A DNA stretch of 56,367 nucleotides, filler included, from Sphacelaria rigidula (taxonomy: Eukaryota), in assembly GCA_964200075.2 (NCBI GenBank). It is 3 parts of 3 records of this genome, joined end to end, with 100 filler letters (N's around TTAATTAATTAA, not from the genome) between each part and the next. Parts side by side here need not be neighbours in the genome. Positions count along the whole stretch, not along the records: positions 1 to 18,730 come from CAXNAA020000805.1; 2 more parts are not named here. The stretch is one strand, 5' to 3'. Below are positions 1 to 12,300 of the stretch, one piece after another. The first letter of the stretch is position 1, and every line of letters begins with the position of its first letter. The position numbers and the translations under genes are program-made. The notes beneath the pieces were generated by a model. It did no database searches. It was not told where the DNA came from and was given only the letters and a program-made list of their open reading frames with translations.

Positions 1-533
1 AGCACGGCTTTTGAGTTGAACCTCATTTTTGTTTTCAACCCCATTTTCGAAAATCGGCTGTTAATACCAGACGCGTTTTGGGGTGTCGCACTCGTAGGGT
101 ATATTGAACCCAGGGTAACGTGAAAAACGGACAGCAAAGCTATCGCAACCCGCGATTGCACCGGATGAACCACAAGTTGCTCCAATCAAACCTACTGCTG
201 CATAGTGCATGAGCAAGAAATTATATTGGTGTAACCCCGCGAGGATTGTCAAACCGTGGGAGACGTCGCCATCCCGTGGTACGCACAGTTGTCTCCTCCA
301 GTTGGTTCCGTAGTGCCCAGGACCCTGTCGATTTCGGCCATTGTATCAACTCGCACAGCGAATAAGTGCGCGTGTTCAGCTGTATCAGACACGAAAACCG
401 TTCTGCGGAACAGCCATCACAGAACGGCAAAAGCTCAACGAGAACGAGTACACACGACCTTCTTTATCGTTCTGCTCAACACTTCCTCTCTTCCGGATGT
501 TATGCATGTGTTTTCACAATGTTGAACACCCAG

Positions 534-3500
534 ATTCATCGTCAACAAAGCCTGGTGTACGTAGGTAGAACTCGACGAGAGACATTACGAATCCTGGGAT
601 ATGCTGTCGATGCCCTCCGTCAAGCGGATGTGATCTTGGCAAAAATGGCCAATGATCTAGGATGGATTAGAGCGGGAGTGTTGACCTACGCCACGCGAGA
701 CAACAACATCATGATGAAAGGTGCGTATCAATACGTCGATATAAATACCAAAAGCGGTTGGTTGAGAAATGTGCAACGGGTCAGAGAAGACATTGGCCCC
801 GGCCGCCGACGCGCGGAAAGCACCCCGATTCGAAAACACACGGTTTGTATCTTCGGTCCACTGACGTTTTCCCTTGTCGGTGGACAACCCAAACCAAGCG
901 TCGAACGCAGATTATTCCACGAACACATTTCTCTCCACCTCGTATCGAAATGTCCACACCGCGCAAAAAGGCATCAGCAGGGACCGCGGGTATGCCCTGT
1001 TGCTGTGTAGAGGCTTGTGCATGCTATAGGCGGCCTGGCCAGCCGGTGAGCTCATTCTACCTTTTCCCGGCGTCCTCGAGAACCAAACACAATCTTTGGT
1101 CGGGGGGTTCACGTTTGTCCTGGGCAGGGCTAGCCAGTAACTCGGTACCGCAGGGAAGAAAGCATGTTCGGACCGTATGTTTCTAGAGTAGGGCATCCTT
1201 GACGACAAAATGAGGACGGCTTGTCCACCGCATGAAATCCTCTGACTCGGAGGCTCAGACCTTTGCAGGAAGCTTGTTGAATGGCCCCTGGAATGGTGCT
1301 CGGGACGTGTCGTTGCTACAGGGCGCTGGTATAGAGTGTCAATCTACCCGCTGACTAACTGATACAACCCGCTGTATTTTAAGACGTTCGGGGCAAGTTG
1401 ATGATTTTATGTTCGAGGATCAAGTTATGTCCTACTGGCTGCACGATTTCAAGTGCAGATGTACCTGCGTCATGACAGACCATGGATGAATGGGACTCGA
1501 AATGGACCAGAGGTTTCCTACTCTCCGTCTGCCGCCCCGTTCGGGTCGTTTGCCATGGCGTTCGATCCCACCGCAGACGCGCGTCCGCCGCTGTTATCCG
1601 CACTGGGCACGGCGTTTAGTGATGTCGCCAGTCTGTTCGTCGCCGAAGGGGAGACCCTTGGAGTCGTGCCGTCTGATGAGGACGATGTATCGGCCCCCAC
1701 TGTGCTGGCCAATCTGTATCTACCACCCGTACAGCTTTTACTTATTGTGAGGTGGGTTAGAGCTCCGGTAATTCTCTGTAGTGCCTTTATATTATTATTC
1801 ATACCTATTGTCGTTTGTTGTCATCATCCTTGGTGTCCATAAATATTAAGATCATCCGATACGCCTTGCGTGGTTGCAGAAAACAGACTATGAGACAGGG
1901 TACACCAGGAATATAACGCAAACAATTTCTCACCGTGCTCAGAGATCGGGTTGTGATCCCGTAGTTCTGGCATGAGACTTCGTCACGGGCATGCCATGTG
2001 CTCAAACTGCCTCATTCATTTTTTACTTTTTTATTTTATTGTCACACTTTGAACCTCCCCCCCCTACTCGGGACGAGTCCGTGGTCTCGAGGGATCAACC
2101 CACTTCTCCCCGGTTTCACAAAAATAAAAGATACGCCTTGATCAACCATGCCCCCAAATAGTTCCCCACCCCGAGGGTCATAGCTCAAGCTTGACAATAC
2201 GACCACCCCTAGGCGGCCCCTGTGTGTATGTCCCTACCCATATCGAAAAGCTCGCACGCATAGCTGTCGGTAGCGTCATACTCGCTTGCGGATCATGAGC
2301 TTCGAGCTCGTGCTGTGGCTGAACCAACCAGGCTTTCGATGCTGGATCTAGTTGAGGGCATGGGCCGCCACAACGATAACATGGTGCATCCGGGCCTACC
2401 TAGGAGCAGCGAAGAAGATGTGGACAGCACAGAAACGGCTACGGTCGCCTCTTTGAAGCATGAACCTGACTGGGTATCGGTCACACTAGCTCAGGCGGAG
2501 GAGAGCATGGTGCGTCGCCAAAATTTGAACTGTGTTCGTTGGTTGCCTGTTTGACCCCACTAGATGTATATATATATATATATATGTATATATCAAATAC
2601 ATAAACTCTTTGATTGAACGGAGTGAGACCCACAGTCGGAACGGGCAGGGCGCTAGCAACTTATCATCAAGCGAAAGTCGCACGCCGACCTCTTCGTATT
2701 CATGATGATATTCATTCCTTCAGTGTATCCGTCTACTCGACTTGCCTTTCATACGGAGTACATGTGTCCATTTGCTTCAGCTACCTCCATCTTACACCAC
2801 CGTGACTCGCGGCGGACTAGTTAATCTGAGGTAATCAGGACAAAAATCACCCACGAGAGAGTCCGGAAGTACGCGAACACATTCCTAGACCGCACAAAGC
2901 GAACGTAAGTCACCGAGGTACAGGCTTGAAACCCTGCGAATCACGCATGAAATTGGTAGGTACATTGTGCGCTCCGCATTGAACGAATCCTGCGAATAGT
3001 GCTTGGCATTGCCAAACATGATGCGATTTCTCGTGTGCCTACCTGGGCCAAGGCGAGATCTCCAAGGGCACTTATTCGTGGATTTTATTTTCATCTGTTT
3101 TCATCTGTTTTCATCTATTTTCATCTATTTTCATCTATTTTCATCCACAAAGGGCGAAATCAGATGAAAATAGACGAAAAGTAAAGCCCGTTGAAAAAGG
3201 ACCCGAAGAAGCATATGAAGTCGTCCTCTCCTGATTGTCCCGCTGCGATACAATGGTTGCCCCGCGTGCCCCCCGTCATCACAGGCTCTCATGCGGCACA
3301 TCGCTCACCCTCATCCTGTCCTACGTGCTCAAGCATTACTTCTCGTGGGAAAACTCCGGCTTCGCCGTCTTCAAGTCTTGAAAGCTTCAAGGCGAGGAAC
3401 ATCTTATCTATCACCCGGTGGCACATCTGACGGGCACGCAAGGGATCGCGAGGGAGGCCAAGAGCAAATGCAAGTGAAGAGCGCAACATTCAGAGCATTT

Positions 3501-6500
3501 TGTAGGGTTGGTTTTCACAACGCCGTTTGATTAGAGAGCTCGCCTGCAAAAACGCACATGAATTGCACCCCGTAAAATAACTGAAACCTGAAAAAAAAAT
3601 ATTGACGAGGTCCCCCATGTTTTCCCGTCTGCTCAGGCCGAAAGTCAGTTCTCCTGGTGGAGTAATTGAAAACCTGGAAATATCTGCCAGGACGGCATTG
3701 GCGGCCGCGCTTCGAGTGTCCTTTCAGAGGGGAGGGCATGACTGGATGCTCATGCGTGACGCCTGTATGTCCATCGTGGAGCTACAAGTTGAATCAGTTG
3801 ACGACGACATCCACGATCGCCACAGCAAAACGGACGGGACGGAGGGTGGCGTTGCGAGAGATGGAGAGCGAAGTGCGGCCAAAGAGTCAACGGTACAACA
3901 TCATGATGACAGCACGTAGTGTTCGCTTGAGCCATATTTCTGTGCAACCTGACATAGCGTTCCCCTGACCTGTGTTTTTCGTCTCCTCAAGCGTTGTCCG
4001 AATGGGAGCAGAGTGTCCTAGAAAGATTGTGAGTCGTGCTCCACCTTGCCGCGACATAACGTGGCCCTTGTATGTCAAATTTGTGAAAACGTCCACCGCT
4101 GTCGCCCCTAGTGCCGGTTAGAATATCTAGGCTCGACTGGTGACAGCGATCCGGCAGAAGTAAAGAGCTCCGTCGAGCCATCACGCACTGATGAACGGGG
4201 CACTCCGCTTGTGTGCGACCATTACGAAGGCCGATTTCCCACGCTCTCCGCTACCACCATGCCCGCCCCAAACTTTAATCAGAAGGTGAAGCTGACCGCC
4301 CACTACCTTCGACTCGCAGCAGCCATCATGTCGGGTCGGCGTCGACTCGACGCCGAACTCGGCGACATGGCGACCGAGCCCCTTCCGGCGGCGGTCGTCG
4401 ATGCCATGCCCAGGTGAAAATATGTATCGTTAAGTAGCCTTGAGTTCGCGCGTGTCATCGAAAGCAACAGGTGGTCGCCAATACTTCCTATATATATAGA
4501 CAGAGTCTTGGAGCATGCAATGCGCTTGCTTGCCACAAACCCGATGGAATATGACCGATAAACATAGACAACACCGCGCCAGGTCGGTCGCGATGCGGAC
4601 GGTTTGATACGAGTAGTGACGGCGAGCATTTATACCCATGATAATGGCGTATTTGTTTAGCTACGCCGAAATTTAATCTGGTTTTCAACAAGATTCTTGT
4701 AATTTACTGGACAATGGGTCTACAAATTGCCCGGATTATTGGAATCTCGGCAATTCGACCATGAAGTTAAACTCTGTTTCCGAACATTTCTGGCAGCAGT
4801 TTTCCAACACGTGCTCGGGTCTCCAACGTCAGTACCCCCATCAATTTCGTGAGTCCCCAACGAACATACGCAGACATCCACTCGAGTATGCCAGCGACTA
4901 CACCCAACTATAACGAAAGTCAGAGTACCAACAGGGCATCGTACTCTGACCTGTCCTACATTCATCACCTAATACTTGACAAATCAGCGTTCGATGTTGA
5001 TCTGTAAAAACAGATGATGACGATAGTAGCATGGCGAGCCGGACTAAACACATTGACCGCGTCGGCACGCGACGGGTTTCAAACAACAGGTCGGCACTAG
5101 ACGAGCTGGCGGGCCGCAGCGGTAAGGGCCCCGACGACGATCGTCGCCGTCTGGATGCGCGTGGCTTGCTTCAGTTTTTCCGTGCAAGGATAAGAGAGAA
5201 AAGTCTCGCAGCTGCTCCCACAGATCTCCTTCCTGCCTCTTCAGTATGCCAGGTACGACACATGCGACAATGTCTTTTTCATGTTCCCTAGTCGCGCAAT
5301 GAAGGTCCCGTTCATCTCGGGCATGTACCAAGCAGCGCCGCTCCAGCTGATCCAAGGAAGCAACACGGCAGCGATACTCGTTGTGAATATGTATTTCTAG
5401 CTTGATCAATCATTCCGCGGTTGGTGTGAAATATCGACATTATCTGAAAATTGCCGACTTGTTTCCTGTCCTCCACAAGCATGTTTTCTAAGTTATACGC
5501 TTATTTCATGCGTGCACACTCAGTCATGAAGTGTACGAACCGTGCACTCTGAGATTGCATTTCCCTCTGTAGGGATTTCTCACCTCCGCACCATCTCCTC
5601 CCCCTTCCTCGCGCGCCCCCGCTTGTTGCTGCCGTGAGTAATGTCATAACAGGTCCACGCTCTACTGTTTACGTACTTCCCTCCGTACCGCGAAAGGTGC
5701 TGCACTGACCAGGCGTCACTGGAGCCACCGCCGCCGCAAAATGTATGTGGAGAAATGCGACCGGGGGGGCATGCACCGGGTTACCCCCGAACGTTCACCG
5801 AAACGTGTAAAATTGATGTTCGACCCGCCAGGCCAAGCCGAAAATGTGGCAGTACGTATGGTGTCGCCTGGTCTTGAAGTGCGGTGTTCACAAAGTTTGA
5901 GCAATTGCGACTTGTCGTTTTTGAGAGAGTCGCCGTGTTTCAAGGATATCCGCGGAGTATGCGATCCTGCTTCTTCCGTTAATTTGATCCTCAGGCGTTA
6001 CGACCTAGAACTGTCACCGGCGTCACATTTCCGTGTCGTTGTCGGCGTGCTTTGGCATCGACGTTCCATCGGCTGTAAACCTTCCTACCTGAAAAACAAA
6101 ACGTATGAAACCGAGCCACTTGTACTCGAGAGTGTTGTTTTGTCGTGCAACTTCCATCTGGGATATGATATCCACCTGGGATATCCATATGGGATATAAT
6201 ATCTATATGGGATATCCACACCTATCCGAAATATTCCAGATGGAAATCCATCCAGGATATTCACCTGATATAATGTCCAACTGGGGTATCCATTAGGATA
6301 TGGATACCCACCTGAGGTGTCCAAACATTCATCTCAGATATCCATCCGCCATGTCGATGTAGGATATCACTTCCTCCTGGAATGCCCTGGGGTATGCAAA
6401 GTCATTTTGTACCATCTGGTGAGTCAAATCGATCTGGCATATCCACCCGTGAACTCATCTGACATATCTATCCGGGAGTTCAGATCCGCCTGGAATGTCC

Positions 6501-8371
6501 ATCTGGGAACCATTATCCGTCTGGAATTTCATTCATTCAAAATATCCATCTAGGATATCCAGGCGCGATCTCAATTCCGTCCCAAATATTCGTTTCGACG
6601 TGGCATTTGCCGCAAGTACTCCTTACGGGTAGACGGATAGTGATCTGGAGTCTATGCCGGACATCGATGCGGGGACCTTCATATTAAGAATTGCATATCG
6701 ACTTCCATGTGTCGCTGGGACGTTCATCCGGCATTTTTCGGTGTTTTCGAGTAGCATACGTGTCATCCGTCTGGAGTATTCACGTTGACGCGGAACACAC
6801 ATACGATACCGCGCCCATTCTGTGTTTTTGGCATTGAGGTTGCAACGTACAGTATAGCGACCACAAATGCACACTTGCCAGGCGACTGCAGAATGAGTCC
6901 CACTTTGAAGCAATAGTTACCAGTGGGGCTCACACATGAAGTTGAGGTCGGCGGACATGATTCACCTCAAAGCGAGCTGGGTAGATACCCTATATCTTAC
7001 ACTCTTATCCCAAAGATACAGCAAAATTGGGGTAGGAGGCCTTACATAGATACTTCCTGATGGATTTTCCAGGTGAAATTAATGTCCCAGATGGACATCC
7101 CAGGTAGATACCCCAGGTAAATATCTCGCCTGACTTACATATCTCAGATGGACATCCCAGATATATACTCCAGGTAGATATCCCACCTGACTCACATATC
7201 CCAGATGGATACCCCAGATAAATATGGGGTCCTGGACAGATATCTCACAATCTTTCACGCAATTTGTCTCCACGATTCTTTCACGAACGCAATCGACATC
7301 TATCAGACTGAGACGGGATCGTCTGTTCGCTCCACTTCAGCTGCAACTGGGGGGCTACCGGGATCGATTTGCGTACAGTGGCGATGGACTGACGATCCTG
7401 GAGCCACAAGCGATGGTGATGAGAGCAGCATCAACAACACCAGCACAAGATATAAGGGAAACGAACACCCTGCGGGGGTCGGTACACAGATAGACGGATT
7501 GTTCACCACACGCTCGGCCCTTATGCTGCTCGGACCGGAAACGGGTGGCGCCAGCGACCCCCAAGACAGAGAGAACGCTGATGCCGCGTCGATAATTTCT
7601 TTCTGCGTGAGGGCTTCGAAGGCCGTCGCGATGAAGCGAGGGGCTGCTCAACTCAAGGTGGGCAGGGTACACTACATTTTCCACCATTATTGATTGGTCG
7701 ACATGTCTTCACAGCGGACGACTCGTGATGCAGATCATTGTTCAGGGTAACACCTAGCGCACTAGGACAGGATCAATGCAGCACAGTTCTCCCTGAACAT
7801 GCAATGCCAACACCTCTAGACAGTGTATATGCACTGTGTGTGGGGAAATTCGGTTCCACATACATGAAACCATACTTCCCTTTCCAGTTTGGTCATCATC
7901 CGCTGTCGTCTCAGACTTCCGCATGGGTACTACCACGTACTTTGACCATGACGATCAACACGTCGTACATCTATCGAGACAGGGAATTATCTCCAGTAAT
8001 CATGCACACATTGTTTTGTACACTCCCGCCGCCTCCGCCATACTTCTCCCCAGACTCTCTTGTCAGCGTTCAGGGCCAAATCCGAGGGAGCCGACCCACT
8101 ACCAGTCTCGCTTCACGACCGGATAGTCAACCTCCTGGACGAGGCACGGAAAGTATTTGCCAGCGCGTTCTTCCCGTTCATCGGGGCGGATACGGTGAAC
8201 CGGGATCGAGCAAATTCTTCCCACGATCGGGGTAACGGGGCCGGAATCCAGTATCCCGAGATGACAGTTAAAACGTTGCAGGATGTGGAGGGGATATTCG
8301 ACACCGAGGCTGGCGTGGACGTGGAGAACCAAGAGCTCTGTCGTTTCGTGCGCTCAGCCATTGGTGGATAA
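534..8371 (+). CDS. CFAP54: Cilia- and flagella-associated protein 54 (central-pair C1d component), 3' portion, multi-exon; 5' part lies outside the segment
   Basis: Exons: 534-720, ~1511-1746, 2264-2509, 3285-~3391, 3637-3892, 4283-4413, 5090-5252, 5653-5742, 7307-7657, 8054-8371 (TAA). From 3637 onward the junctions are canonical and phase-consistent; earlier boundaries are less certain. The spliced peptide has motifs in the order I recall for the CFAP54 C-terminus: LANLYLPPVQLL, LRAQALLLVGKL, QVHALLFTYFPPYRERCC, ICVQW, and the terminal TLQDVEGIFDTEAGVDVENQELCRFVRSAI. Assignment is from memory of the family, not a search. Confidence 0.8.
3087..3180. repeat. 10-bp tandem repeat (TTTTCATCTR, about 6 copies) followed by two inverted copies
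   Basis: ttttcatctg/ttttcatcta repeated over 3087-3146; cagatgaaaatagacgaaaa at 3161-3180 is the reverse complement. Lies in a CFAP54 intron. Confidence 0.8.
6150..7235. mobile_element. Degenerate foldback/MITE-like element with inverted subterminal repeat arrays, in a CFAP54 intron
   Basis: The left block (6150-6560) has repeated gatatccacctgggatatccat-like units. The right block (7060-7235) has their reverse complements (cccagatggacatcccaggtagata). No transposase ORF; ends approximate. Confidence 0.5.
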
Positions 8372-8584
8372 AGTTACTTGGCTTTCCGATTTCGAGAATC
8401 AATGTGCGCTTTGTCCTATTGCTCATATCGCATAATCTTGGGTGACTCAATGGCTGTATTGTGGTGGGGTTGATATTGACCGTGTTATTGTGAAGGCTTT
8501 ACAGTGGGAGGGGTAAATGTACACGAATATAGCTAAACTATATATTATAGCAGGCTTTTTACTTCCGCGGCACCAAGAGGATAA

Positions 8585-8836
8585 CGTGATGATCGAGGAA
8601 CCGCAAGGTGCCGGGTTCGGATCCCCGTCCGATCACGGCGAAAAAAGGAAAAAATAACTGTCAAGTTCAGCGAGCAAGGGACAGCCGTGATATGACGGGA
8701 GGCGAGCAGGAAGAATCCACGAGCTCACGAGCTAATCATCTGCGGAGTTCATTAGCTTGGGCGCCGAACACACGCGAGTAAAGTGTTCGCACTACTAGAC
8801 GGCGGAATAGAATAACTCTAGCAGCTCATAAAAAAT
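8585..8836 (+). repeat. Putative tRNA-derived SINE-like element
   Basis: B-box-like gggttcggatccc near 8613, followed by an A-rich stretch, a short body and an A-rich end. No cloverleaf. Single copy in the window. Confidence 0.35.
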
Positions 8837-9311
8837 GGGGGTGGTGAGGAGGCTAACTACCCTATGTAAGCACAAATGCATCACTCTGAACGCATTTGGA
8901 GACACCATTTCAGCTGTAAACGTTACGGGTCAGATTTTTCTCGGCTGAAACATCGTAGCTCCCGAATGGACCCCAAGTCGTGCTTCTTGGAGGTTTTTCC
9001 TGATAGTTATACTGATCGGGCCAACTTCGAGGCTGCTCTTTCAGCTCCATGGGCGTTAAAACAGTCTCCGTTACATCTCATGTACTCGCCGAAACCCTCA
9101 ACGTTCGATTGATATGTTTAAACCTCCACGGTAGTTCTGAGGTCTCGTTTCAATCGTCTCGTTGGGCACCGTAATGGGCAAGTGCTATGAGGACCCACTG
9201 TAGCGGTGAGCGATTGAAATTTGGGGTACTGGGCATTGATATGAACTAACATGAGTTAAATTTCGATCTATGCTTTGTGAGAAATCTTGCGTGAATAAAT
9301 GACCGAAGACA

Positions 9312-12300
9312 TTAATCTCCTTCGGTCGATGCTTCTACTTTCCCCCGATCACGAACACGGTAGATTCCACAGCCTGCCAACAAAAGTTGGGCTCCAACGT
9401 TAGTTCATCCGGGATTCCGAAAATAGGGGAAAACAACGCAATGCGAGGATTCAAATGCCTCCACAAACATAATGTGTTCGGCTGTCGTGAAGGAAAATGT
9501 CGACAGGACCAACCCGCAGGACTCCACGATACACAGGCGCCCTTCGTGCCGAGGATACGGTATCCCGCTCCGCAACCATGGACTTGCGTGTCGTTCAACG
9601 GTGGAGAAGGGTCGAGATAGTATTTCAAAGAAAGTGAGGGGATTAAGGCGTTTCCCCTGATACCCGCTTGTTCTGTAGAGCACTCACGACCTTAGATGTA
9701 CAAAGACACTGAAATAGACTAGGCGCGCGCGGGGGGGGGGAGGGAGGGGGGGGGGTACTCATGATCATGCATGCCATAGTCATAAGACCATTGACCGCGC
9801 ATCCAGACAAAGCCGGGACGGAGCACGCCGGGTCTTCGCCAGACCAGACTCGCACTCAATCACCAAGCGCGAAGCGCTTTGGTGTGTTCGGCGAGCTGCA
9901 TGAAGGGTGAGCTGCATCCTACTGAGATTGTTCGGCCCGAAGCCTGCTGATCATCTTGCATTTGTATGACAGCCTACAATGAGCAGTTTCACTTCTGGTA
10001 TCGCCACTCCCAGAGACAGCCACGGCTTACACACTGCCTCATGGGTGTCTCGCCATATCAACACTACGTCGTGTGATCATCCCCTTTGCGCGGAATTGAG
10101 GCTTTCCCATCCCGCACAACATGGTGTCGCTCGACCAGCATCATGTTTACCGCAAAAAACGCAAGCGCGCAAAACACAACGGCAAACTGGTTGCCTAGCT
10201 TGCACAGTGAGTGTCGTGTTTTATAGCGTCATCGCCAACCGATGCCAACCCCACAGGGGGCCCGTCCCTACAGAGCCGGGGCGGAGCACGGCGGGTTTTC
10301 ACTGGACCAGGCGGAAGGAAGGAGGTAAAGGCGGGGGGTAATGTTGCAAAATTCCTCCCCCCTCAATCGTTGAACGAATCTTGTGGTCAGTTTACGTTCG
10401 GCAAAAGACACAGAGAATTCATTTTGTGTTGCTGCTGAATAGTCCGTGGTGAACGTGGTGGATACCTACGCGAATTTTTACTGACGGCGTAGTGTATGGT
10501 CTGGCGTGTGTCCCGCGTATGTTTCACAAGAACCTGAACACCCAACATAATTGTGGGTGGAACACGCACAACGCACTTTACTGCGGACATCGACACAAGG
10601 CATCACCGTCGTGGGAACGACTAGTTGCCGGAAATTCTCATAACCGAGGAGATTCCAATATTACAAAAAACCCACTACTGTCATGGGACCTTGTTCAGTG
10701 GGCTGTCGACACACCACATCGCGGCGACATGGCAGGAGTGTTCGTGTACTGCCGATCAAGAGATCTTCGTAGAAAGCCACCGGTCGAATAACTCCAGCGG
10801 TACGCATACATCGTCCTCGCCGGGAGAAACCACCGCCCTTCCCCAGAAAGAACACGAACCGCTTTCGTATCAGATCTCTTCGACATACCATCGCCGAAGT
10901 ATCGTGTAATTTGCATACCGTGCTGCAGGGGGTACATTTGTTTAGAGGTCGGCAATAAGGAAGAAACGTGACATTCCACCGGCATGTGAAAAAATCCCAC
11001 GACAGCGGCTGGCTGTCTATTTCCCCGCAGAAGGTCGGCGTCGATCTCCTACAAGCACGCTGTAGGTGTGCCCGATGAGATCCGAGTAGAGCACACTGCC
11101 AGCGTCACACGAATCCGTATCCTCGGTGGCGCGATGCCACAGCGGAACCTTGGATTTCATGGCCCTTGCGGTTATGATCGCGCGAAATCGGACAGAAACC
11201 AGAATATGGACGAGCGGAAAGGAAACTCGTCAAGCTGATGGTACCATTTGCGCATGTCATCACGCACGCACTCTGGGATTGAAGTGAACCAGTAGCCGTA
11301 CTCTCTGCCTCTCTCTGTCTCTCTCTGTCTCTCTGTATATTTTCGTGTTTTCGTTTAACTCCATGTATGCTGTGCATCCCGCACAACTATCCCTGCCGTA
11401 AAGATCTATGATCACATCGCGGGTGACAAACATCAGACCAGCTCGAGAGCCTTGCTCGTACACGTAGTAGCTGTACCTGCCAGTGATAGCATCGACCCCG
11501 CTTGCACGAACCGCTTCCATGATACGAGCAGCGGTGAAGGACTTCTCCTCTGCGGTAGATGTGCCCTGAATGGGAAACATGACCAAAATCATCGTCGAAG
11601 CAAGAGCGCACAGCGGGCGTGGCATAAAGGTGACACATATCTCTGGCTTTGTTCACATGCTTCCGATGCTCCAAGGCACTGTACACCGAGTGGAGACTAT
11701 GAATGATGCCTCCGCTCATACGTTTTCCCTGGGTATATCTAGTTTGTCACCGCGGCTAGATTCATTGCGAATCAGCTCGTGTGCGACAACCACCCGAACA
11801 ATCAATTATCCACTCGCGAGGTCACCACTCCCCAGAGATTACACCATATTCGTACGATCAGGTATCTGATACCGTATAATTTGCTACTCATTCGCATGAT
11901 CCGTGCCCAGGGTTACTTCCTGCAATGCGTGGGAGGACCGCGTTCTCAGGGGACCACATCGGAATTAAAACACCCTTATGGTTAGGGTTAGAGTTGGGGC
12001 TAGTGTTGGGTCTAGAGTCAGGGGCGTGGTCCCTGCAGCGACTGACCCGATCGGTATTGGGAAACGTCAATCCTGAGGTGTTTTGAACTACGATGTGGCC
12101 CTTTGAGCACGCAATCCTCTCAGGCATTACACTTCCGCTGAAGAAGATCCGAGGAAAAAGCATGCAACATGGTAATCACAGCAATTCTTGTACGGAACGG
12201 AGCATGGTACCTATCGAGTGTAAACTTGTCGCCAACGAGGTGTACTCGCACCACCTCTTGGCACGACAAGGGTTGTACACACGTACACGTATCTCACCCC

